Below are positions 24,185 to 33,000 of a DNA stretch of 42,382 nt, one piece after another. The stretch comes from Nemertoderma westbladi. Its lineage: Eukaryota > Animalia > Xenacoelomorpha. Both the position numbers and the translations under genes were made by a program. Each line of letters begins with the position of its first letter. Position 1 is the first letter of the stretch. The DNA lies in assembly GCA_032718475.1 (NCBI GenBank), contig JAUCBJ010005406.1, positions 1 to 42,382 of the forward strand, read 5' to 3'. The notes under the pieces are model-generated. The model searched no databases and had not been told where the DNA came from. It worked only from the letters and a program-made list of their open reading frames with translations.

Positions 24185-27025
24185 TTAGTCTTTCTTACGC
24201 GGACGGCGTTTACGCAGTTTTTTGAGGCTAGCAAGAGTCCTTTTCTCTTTGGGGCGAGCCACTTTACTAGGAGGGCTGTAGCTCCTGGGTGAAGGGTGCA
24301 ATACAATTGCATCAGAAGGTTTAGGATTACGATCGGTGTATCTGCCGGTCGAGGTACCTGGTTGATCGATATCAACTTCAGTGGAGCGAGGTCTAACGGC
24401 CTTTAGGGCGCGTCTTAGGACAGCAGCTCCTACGGGTCCTTGACGGGTCGTCTGGACAATGGCGGTAGGCGGACCATGAGTGGTGAGAAACTTCCTTGGT
24501 TTAATTGTTCTTTCCAGCTCGCGTTCTCGGGCTCGATATTCATAGGGCCGTCGAGATACTTCCTGTAACTCAGGGTGCGAGTTGATAAATAAATCGCCAT
24601 ACTCAGGGTCTTGACGGATGAAATTGATCAAATGATATGAAGTAATATCGTTAGGATTGACGTTCCTAAGATATTTTCGAACAAATTTGGTGGAAATACA
24701 CTCACCAACACGCTTCATTAGTTCGTAACTCGGTGTGCGTGTTTTTTGTTCCACAGACGCGAATAAATAAGGATGGAACGCGTAAATTCCCTCGTAAGAG
24801 CGTCCAGGGTAGTAGCGATGGCGGGACTCACAATGTAAATCCGCGTTCGCTTCCCAAGCTCGGATGTAGCGCAGGGTAATCATCTCATCTACGCTTTCTA
24901 AATCACGGTTAAAGGGGCAATTGTAACTGGCATGTCCTTTAAGTTGACAGTGGTGGCATTGGGTCATAAATTGGGTGCAGACTGCAAAAATATGCGAGTT
25001 ATTAAGTCTGCAATACGCACAATAGATCTCCATCATCGGCTGTTCGTGGAAATAGGAGCAGGGTACGTCTGAGTCCATAGGGGTGAAATGGTCTCTCGAT
25101 GCGCATAATCGACAACGTTTTCGAGAAACATAGTTGGCGTGTCGATAATCGTATGCGGTGAGACATTGTGGACCTTGATACCACTCCAAGACGTAATCGT
25201 TATCGCCGCTCCGGGGCGCTGTAGGCTGGATCGCTTCAGACTCTAAGCAGATTGGTTCGTTTTCCAATTGCATAGCTGAGGTGGGTGCGGCTGTCTCCGC
25301 AAGCGGACCCACTGTCTGAACTTCCACGACAGAATAACCCGTGGGTATTCGGGGTCTTTGTATAACAGATGAATGTAAGTTCTGTATACAAACGTCCTGA
25401 AATAGGGCAAATCCCGCGCTGCTTAGCTTCTCCGCAGCTGAGTCTCTTAGGCTGAGTTTGGTCAGAGCGCGGTCCTTGAACTGACTATCAACGTTACGGA
25501 ACGGAGTCAGAAAGCGCCTGAAACATTCGAAGCGGATGAATTTATTGTGTTCATCTAACTTGGCGAGTTTGGTTCCAAGTATTAAGGGATGGGCGCATAT
25601 GGTACGACTGCATACATCGGCTAGCCAACTGGCAAGTGCTGCGTTTTCAAAGATCGTGTATATAGCTAAGGAGGGACGAAGTGGAACACTCATAAAGCTA
25701 TACACGGCGCCAGGTGCGGTCAATGGTCCATCAAAGTATAAACGAGAATAATGATCTCCATATACTTGTTGGTAATTTATAGGATTTCCAACCTTGAAAT
25801 TCCATCCGTATTCTTGAAAGGCAAGATGTCCGATGGAGGTTCGTTGTACTTTAGTAATGCCGCTGGGTGTATTGGCATACATAGTGCGGAAGAAACCTCG
25901 GCCTTCTGCCCAGGGAGCAATCAGCTGAGTATCCACGAAAGGGTATGGAATGTTCTCCATATTCCGAAAGTCGTTTTGTAGATCTCCATAAACAGCTGAG
26001 CCGATTTTAAGGATTCTTTCGTTAAACAACATCTCGAGCACAGGCTGGGGTAACATCGATCCATCGATACCCATGGCCGGTTTGCGCTCGGTGTCGGCGA
26101 CGTAACGCTGCGCGAGCTCGAATTGTCCATGTCGGAGTTTCTTTTGTGTCTCAGTAAGAGTTTCAAAAGAATAATCAATCACATCGGAACACGCTCGAGT
26201 AAATACGTGGGTAGAACCAGCGAGTCCTCGTATGTGTATCATCCGCGTAGTTCCCAGTTCTCCAACCGGAACGCTACCTTCGTTGTCGTAGGTGACAACT
26301 CCATACATCTCAATAACGTTAAGAGTCTCATTCCACTCTTTAGTGGCGTTTTCGAGGGTCATTCCCACAGGATGCCACAAGGTAGCGCATTCGCTAGCAT
26401 TAGGTAGGTCTCTATACTTTAAATATTGTGTGGTATATGTTTCCACATCTCCATATCGTTGTATTCTTTCCTCCTCGAATAACACGTCAAGATTCCAGTG
26501 TACTAAACGAGTTTTCATGAATCCATCAAGATTATACGGAGGTATTGTTTCTTTCTCTATTTTGGAAACATTATATGGTTTTCGAAATGAGTTTACTTTA
26601 ACTAACTGATCCAGATGTTTCTGCAGTTGTTCGAGTTCGACAAGATCGAGAGGATTTATTAGTGGTAGAAACCTCAGACTATGTGTAGGATCTTCCGGTT
26701 TTACCATGTAATATTGTGTTAGATTGACGTAATAAGGGTGATCTTTGATCCCATAAAACGAGTCCGGTAAAGGTCTAGCGCGTATATTTACATCGTGTAC
26801 CATGCGACGGACAAGATCTGCTCTATTGTCCGGAGGTTCAACGAGTATACCATCGACACGAGCGGCTTCGATGGGCGGACGTTGCAACATGGGAGCGTCA
26901 GCGATAAGATCTCGAGATCTTAGGTTGATATCAACCGGTTGGGGTTGTACCGTCGCAAAGAGTTTGTCTCCGAAATGGGGAACCATCGAGGGATGAAGGA
27001 TGGTTTTAGAGTAGAGATCCATCAT
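24185..27025 (-). CDS. Retrotransposon accessory protein, C-terminal part: DEDDy (RNase D/WRN/EXD-like) 3'-5' exonuclease fold, 3 Zn-knuckle-like motifs, basic tail
   Basis: 946-aa ORF. ExoI-like VVTYDNEG, ExoII-like LPQPVLEMLFNERILKIGSAVYGDL, FVDTQ, SIGHLA, ExoIII-like PLRPSLAIYTIFE. CRLC..H..C, CAYCRLNNSHIFAVC and CHHCQLKGHASYNC. Ends KKLRKRRPRKKD. Confidence 0.72.
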   Translation of the reverse strand: MMDLYSKTILHPSMVPHFGDKLFATVQPQPVDINLRSRDLIADAPMLQRPPIEAARVDGILVEPPDNRADLVRRMVHDVNIRARPLPDSFYGIKDHPYYVNLTQYYMVKPEDPTHSLRFLPLINPLDLVELEQLQKHLDQLVKVNSFRKPYNVSKIEKETIPPYNLDGFMKTRLVHWNLDVLFEEERIQRYGDVETYTTQYLKYRDLPNASECATLWHPVGMTLENATKEWNETLNVIEMYGVVTYDNEGSVPVGELGTTRMIHIRGLAGSTHVFTRACSDVIDYSFETLTETQKKLRHGQFELAQRYVADTERKPAMGIDGSMLPQPVLEMLFNERILKIGSAVYGDLQNDFRNMENIPYPFVDTQLIAPWAEGRGFFRTMYANTPSGITKVQRTSIGHLAFQEYGWNFKVGNPINYQQVYGDHYSRLYFDGPLTAPGAVYSFMSVPLRPSLAIYTIFENAALASWLADVCSRTICAHPLILGTKLAKLDEHNKFIRFECFRRFLTPFRNVDSQFKDRALTKLSLRDSAAEKLSSAGFALFQDVCIQNLHSSVIQRPRIPTGYSVVEVQTVGPLAETAAPTSAMQLENEPICLESEAIQPTAPRSGDNDYVLEWYQGPQCLTAYDYRHANYVSRKRCRLCASRDHFTPMDSDVPCSYFHEQPMMEIYCAYCRLNNSHIFAVCTQFMTQCHHCQLKGHASYNCPFNRDLESVDEMITLRYIRAWEANADLHCESRHRYYPGRSYEGIYAFHPYLFASVEQKTRTPSYELMKRVGECISTKFVRKYLRNVNPNDITSYHLINFIRQDPEYGDLFINSHPELQEVSRRPYEYRARERELERTIKPRKFLTTHGPPTAIVQTTRQGPVGAAVLRRALKAVRPRSTEVDIDQPGTSTGRYTDRNPKPSDAIVLHPSPRSYSPPSKVARPKEKRTLASLKKLRKRRPRKKD

Positions 27026-27163
27026 AAGGATTTGAGCTTCGGGTTGAGCTAAAGCTGCTTCTTCTCTCTCATCTAGTTCTATATGTCTCTCCTCGAGCTG
27101 ATTTTCCTAGACGTAGTTTCCTTTTCGTAGACGCTCATCTAGGAACTCTTGTAAAGAGTAGGT

Positions 27164-27907
27164 TCATCCACGTTCGATGTCCTCCTCGAGATTTTGTATT
27201 TCTCTATCGAACTGGGGTAAAGCTAATTCTTTCACCGCTTGGACTTGTTGCTGCAATTTACGTTTCTCCAAACAATCGTAAGTTCCCTTTCTGATTTTCT
27301 GCCGAATAGCGTCTAACGCGTTTCGTACGACCCTCTCTTCGACTTCCGTAACGGGTTGTATCGAGGTGAAGCCGGGACGGTTGTGTGGGTTAAACGGCGA
27401 TATTAGATGACCGCGTCCCAATCCAGCTAGGTAGGGTTGGCGAATATCTAGTGAGCCTACTACCGGAGTGCCACCGATCAACTGTTCGGGTAACACTAGA
27501 TCTTTGAACAGTGAATACAGTTCGGGAGGATCCGTGATACTATTAGGATCAAGAGTCTGAGGTCTAACTGAGGAATGAGGAGGTCTGACCGAGTATTCCG
27601 GAACTCTGATCATCGGTTTGTTCAAGGATCGTTTGAGTCGAGCGACCGTAGGGGATACGTCAAACAGGTTTCGCTCGAAACTCCCATACGTATATCGTGT
27701 AAAACTGTGTTTAGCGCAACGTCTCCGCGGATGTTTATGTCTTTCCGTTTGCTCATTGGGTCTAGGGCATTCGTCGCAGTAATACCAAAGACGCACGTCC
27801 TGCAGGGGAAACGCGGGTGATCGTTCTCCAGTTTTACAATATTCCTCCATCTGTTCGAAGCTATCTGGGACGACAGGTAGCGGTCGATCGGCGGTAAGGT
27901 ACATCAT
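27164..27907 (-). CDS. Accessory protein, middle fragment (Cys/His cluster and coiled coil)
   Basis: 247-aa ORF with CDECP...HKHPRRRCAKH. It is in the same frame as the 946-aa ORF, separated by 46 codons that contain one further stop. Confidence 0.6.
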   Translation of the reverse strand: MMYLTADRPLPVVPDSFEQMEEYCKTGERSPAFPLQDVRLWYYCDECPRPNEQTERHKHPRRRCAKHSFTRYTYGSFERNLFDVSPTVARLKRSLNKPMIRVPEYSVRPPHSSVRPQTLDPNSITDPPELYSLFKDLVLPEQLIGGTPVVGSLDIRQPYLAGLGRGHLISPFNPHNRPGFTSIQPVTEVEERVVRNALDAIRQKIRKGTYDCLEKRKLQQQVQAVKELALPQFDREIQNLEEDIERG

Positions 27908-28442
27908 AGTGAAAGAGTCGTTTGAGTTCTATCATAGGATCATGATGTATACCTTGAGGATATCGAGTTTCGAGATTTTGTTGACTGGCAATATTGAGGT
28001 ATGTCTCTCTCAAGAATTCCAGATAATCGTTGAAGTCGCTGCGTTTATCCGGCTCTTCAACGTCTTCCCTTTCGAGTCTGTTTCGAATAGAGTTCTCGTG
28101 TTCTATTCTCGGTTTATCGTTCCGACTCCGCTGGGTATGATATTTAAATAAAACCATTTCCCTTTCGGTATCTACATCGTCCGTATCGTGTAAATCGATA
28201 GGATGGCCAGTAGTTAAGAAGTCCATATACGTACCATTACGATGCGTATAGCGAGCGGTGAACTTTCGATAGTCCAATTCACGCGTAAGTTGCTCTTGGG
28301 ACATTGGCGGTTCGATATAACGACCATCATCTTCCGTAGTAGTTGGACCAGCGTCGCCGCGTATCAAGCTATCGACAAACGCTTGTAAAGGTAGAGTATA
28401 TCGCTCCCTGATACCAAGATCATCTTCTATCAACTCAGTCAT
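27861..28442 (-). CDS. Accessory protein, N-terminal fragment (acidic, unknown domain)
   Basis: 193-aa ORF starting at ATG, 2 nt after a CAG. It overlaps the next ORF, consistent with one frameshift near 27930. Confidence 0.55.
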   Translation of the reverse strand: MTELIEDDLGIRERYTLPLQAFVDSLIRGDAGPTTTEDDGRYIEPPMSQEQLTRELDYRKFTARYTHRNGTYMDFLTTGHPIDLHDTDDVDTEREMVLFKYHTQRSRNDKPRIEHENSIRNRLEREDVEEPDKRSDFNDYLEFLRETYLNIASQQNLETRYPQGIHHDPMIELKRLFHYDVPYRRSTATCRPR

Positions 28443-29266
28443 ATCTGCTATATGAGTTTATTAATATTATAATGAGTTTATATATATTAGGCTAGCGGGC
28501 GTCGCTGCCTACCCCTCTTTTGACCCGGACAGTGTAAGATCCTCAGCGCCGATGTACCGTCGTCGCTGTGCTTTCGCCAACGATGTAGCTACACAACGAC
28601 AACGATAACCGGCACAAGTCACTCCACTGTCCGTCCCAAAGGCTTAGATGTACTTCAGGTTCTTTCTGGAGAGTTAGGGCTACTTTCACAATTGCGACTA
28701 GCTACTGTAAACACACTTTAGCAGTAACATTCACCTATGAACGCACAAATTCAACACAACTGCCACAAACTGTACACATTCGGGCCATTTGTCCGTTAGT
28801 CAGTACCTTCCAGAATGTCACTTTATTTATTATGTATCCTTGGATACTAGCAGTGCGCTATTTATTCCCTATGCTATTCAATGGGGCAAGCTTTCTATTG
28901 TTCTTTTAACTCACTTCTAATTCTAGCGTGGTTGTTGCCATGGTGACATTATGGAAAGCTAGCGGTAGAATTAGGGTAATTCTCATGCATACAGATCTGG
29001 GATGCTATTTAATAGTAATTCTTTAATTGTCAATATCCTCTCTATATATGATTTTATGAATTTTATCGGCTATTGACTATATATTGGAGATTCTCGCACA
29101 CAAATACACTTAATAGAGTGAATCTCCGCTCCCATGATCTATTAAGTAATGGAATTTTGGGAATGTTATAAATTGTATAAAAATGACAATTTATTAAATT
29201 CATTGAAATATATGAATTTAAATTTATTCCCGTAAATTTTATTATTTAATGTTAAATAGACGTAAT

Positions 29267-29560
29267 TTTATTCCAGAACGTGTCTGGGGACTGGGATCCT
29301 AGATTCTAGGAATTTTGTCTTTTTAAGAGTATCGGTAAGTGCTACGATATCTTAATCGACTAGAATTTTAAAGCATCTAAAATTTGACAGATTTTGTAAA
29401 TATTAATAATTAATATTTAGGATGGGCACCAGTTTATTCCAGAACTTGTCTGGGGACATTAACCACTGATTCTAGAATTTTGTCTTTCAAGTATATCGGT
29501 GGGTGCCGCGATATCTTAATCGACTAGAATTACAGATGGTCAAAGGGTTTAACAGATTTA
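29267..29560. repeat. Imperfect tandem duplication, 166-bp period, between pol and the accessory gene
   Basis: TTTATTCCAGAAC.TGTCTGGGGAC ... GATATCTTAATCGACTAGAATT at 29267 and 29433. Confidence 0.85.
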
Positions 29561-30060
29561 TTTGCGTTGTACGCTACTGTTAAAGGGACATAACGCTACT
29601 ATATGTATTATTTAATATACGGTATGAGAGCAATATCGCACGAAGCAATGTCAGTGAGAAGAGGCAAGTCGTTTCCAAGGTCTACCCAGAGCTTGGTTTA
29701 GCCGAGACACGAGGATCTGAATTTTGCATTCCTAATACTCTGCTTACCAATAATACTTAAATATAGTAGGAGCTTTATTATACTTTAATAAGTACGGATA
29801 TGTCATCTTACTGTAATTACGTATTTGTAATGTAATACGGACAGTAAGGAAAGAGAAAAATAATTATTTCTCGCCGTCGCACTAAATATATAATATATAA
29901 GTAATTAAGTAATAAACGCGAATATATATTGCACTAATCTACTAAATAATCACTAAAATAACATTCTACTAAATAAAATTAAAGAAAACGATTATAATAA
30001 AATTACATAATAATATATACATAAATATAAAAGAATAAAAACAAATACAAATATAGTCAT

Positions 30061-30075
30061 ACACCCACTCCAGCC
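30061..30075 (-). other. Candidate polypurine tract and LTR start (GGCTGGAGTGGG|TGT)
   Basis: Begins 4 nt after the pol stop and is followed directly by TGT, the usual BEL arrangement. The tract is not purely purine. Confidence 0.45.
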
Positions 30076-30079
30076 GTTG

Positions 30080-33000
30080 TTAAGTTGGGGAGTCCCTAGA
30101 TGTTTGTTGGATTAGGGAGGTGGTCGTGGGAAGAGTATCTTGCCTTCCATAGTTTCCGGAGAGTTCTCTGTCTCTTTCCAGTAAACATAAACGACCAACT
30201 GGGCGATTGAGCTGCTGTGTCTCGAAGACAATTCCCGGTTTCTTGAAGTTACGTCGCATGACGACGAGTTCTACCGATCGCATCAAACCGTCATCCGAGA
30301 TGTGAGTCTCGATGATACGACCTGTCTGCCACCGCTTACGTGGAAGCTCTACATCCACAATAAGAACCATGTCTCCAGCGCTGAAGTTTTCTTGCTGCGC
30401 AAACCACTTAGTTCGAAGTTGTAGCGTGGGCAGATAATGTTTTTCGAAATGGTCAGCGAAACGACGGGATAACAACTGCATGAGTTGCCAAGTTTGCCGG
30501 CAGTATTCGTCTCCGTCTGTAATTTCCGATTGTGGGAGCATGGCTACAGGTTTCTTCAGTAGGAAGTGCGCGGGTGTTAGAGCTTCCAGGGAATCGGGAC
30601 TCGATGAGACTGGCATAAGCGGTCTCTCGTTGAGATAGGCGGCAATTTCCTCCATTAACGTCCGCAAAAGTTCGTCGGTGAGATACGCGCGGCAAGGCAC
30701 TATAAAGTGAAATGCTGTCTTCACACTTCTTATTAATCTCTCCCAACTTCCTCCCCACCAAGGGGCGTCGGCGGCGTTGAAGGTCCAGCTAGACGCTGTT
30801 ACTCGTAGCTGATCGTCCACCTGTCTTTGGTTCCAATCTTTGACGTAAGCTTTGATTTCATTGTTGGCACCAATGAAGTTTGTTCCCTTATCAGATCTCA
30901 TCGTGTTACTAGTGCCAAAGCGAGCGATCTGTCGTCGTAAGCTTAATAGAAAGCTGTTGGTAGATAAATCGTTCACCATGTCGAGATGGATAGCTCTACA
31001 AGTCATACAAACAAAGATGACACACCATCTCTTGACTATAGTCCTAGCACGATATACTTCAATAGGGCCAAATAAATCCACACCGTTATTAGTAAAAGGT
31101 GGTTCATAGAAGCTTACTCGTTCCCTAGGTAATTCTGCCTCTCGCTGTGTTAAAGGCCTACTGAATGCTTTCCTACAGGGTATGCAGTTCCTAAGAACTT
31201 GGTTCAGAGCTCTACGGGGTTTATAAAAATAATAGCGAGTTCGAATTTCGCTAAGAACTCGTTCTCTACCAGCATGATAAAGTTTGCTGTGAACGTCTAC
31301 AATCATCTTGACTTGTATTTCAAGATTTCTAATGAGTATGGGAAACTTAGTGTCAAAGGATAATGGAGCATTCGTTAATCTTCCTCCAACACGTATCAAC
31401 CCATCTATCATTGTGCTAGAGAAACGATCCCTTAAGCGCATCTGCGGATTTCTCAACAACAGGAAATACTTATTGGAATCCTCATAGCATTGCAGGAGTC
31501 TCAGCATCTGCTTGTTGGTTTCTTCATGCTCCTGATAACTGATCTTCTCCTTCAGAAGCCTGTCGGATATCTTATATTTGGGAAGATCTTTAACAACATG
31601 GACCTGCACCGATGTTAGTGGAGCGGTATCACTTTTGGTCTTCACCCCGGAGTAGTGATGGTGAAAACATCTTTTTAAATATGTAACGGCCTTACAGAGC
31701 CGATTCCAGGAACTGTAGTGATGTATCGCTCTCTGCAGGAGAGGTGAGAGTCCTTGCGAGACGTCTGGTATTCCAGATTTCCAATCCTTCTCACGGATTT
31801 CCACTACAAGTTTATTTGTGGGTGTGGGTTTCTGATCCAAAGCGTCGTCTCCGGAAGTATGTAGTACAGACAGATCTACCATAGGTTTAAATAACTTCGA
31901 TTTACTCGCCCGAGTTTTAGGTTTGACTTTCTCCGCTCCCTTGGCCTGTCTAATCTCTGCTGTAGTAAGATGAGGAGGCCATTCTTCTTCTTCTTTGTAG
32001 AGGAAGTCGGGTCCACCTAACCAGTCTGGAGTATCTACCAGTTCTTGTGGAGTTGCTCCCCTGGAGGCGATGTCTGCTGGATTAATCGTTCCGGGGCAAT
32101 GTCTCCATTGATCCATCGTTGTGCGACTGAGTATAATGGCTACTCTGTTGGTAACGAAGACGCTGAACTGACAGACTTCATTGGTTATATACTCTAACAC
32201 GAGTAAAGCGTCGGTCCAATAGACAGTCTTCTCCAGTGGATAGTCGATCTGTTCTGTTACATTCCGGCCGATGGCTGTAGCGTATAGAGCCGCCTTTAAC
32301 TCCGCTCGAGGAACTTTCAACTTGTTGTTTATCAGTGCCTTAGAGGTAACCAAGGCGACTTTGATTCCGTCCGGAGTTTCCACCCTTAGGTAGGCTACTA
32401 TACCTATTCCCATATCGCTGGCATCTCCAAACACATGGAGTTGATAGGAATACGTAGGGAGAACATGACCAAAATATGAACGGGAAATTATAAAGTTCTC
32501 GATGGCTGGTAGAGAATCTTCCCATTTCATCCACTTCTTTAATAATTCTCCCTTAAGTGGATCGTCCCATGAGTGGTTTTCAAGCCACATCTGTTGTACT
32601 AAACTCCGAGCAATCAATATAACTGGGCTAATAAATCCCAATGGATCGAAATAAGTGCTCAGGATACTTAAACAAATCCGTTTAGTCCGAACTGGATTAT
32701 CTCGCTGTTTTAGTTGAAAAAACAGGATATCTCTTTCTGTGTCCCATTTCAAACCAAGGGTCTTAGTTTCTGGGAGATCATCTTTTATTAGATCTAGGTC
32801 TTTCGCTCCTCGATCTTCTACCGGGATCGACTCCAGAAACTCACGGGAGTTGCTGGTGAATTTAGTTAATCGAAATCCACCTCTTTTTAAGCACTCTACC
32901 GTTCCTTTAGCGACGTCAATGGCTTCTTCGACTGATGGAAGGGACTTTAGATTATCGTCCATGTATATATCCCGCTTGATGTTGTCAATCACCTCTTTAG

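Noticed and set aside
24185-27025. env gene or Nanos-type zinc finger interpretation of the 946-aa ORF
   Set aside because: No signal peptide, fusion-protein Cys pattern or TM anchor is evident, and the Cys/His spacing fits knuckles rather than Nanos.
28450-30063. A conventional ~1.6 kb 3' LTR ending before the accessory gene
   Set aside because: Not adopted because no clear CA terminus, TSD or return to LINE sequence is visible there. It cannot be fully excluded without the 5' LTR.
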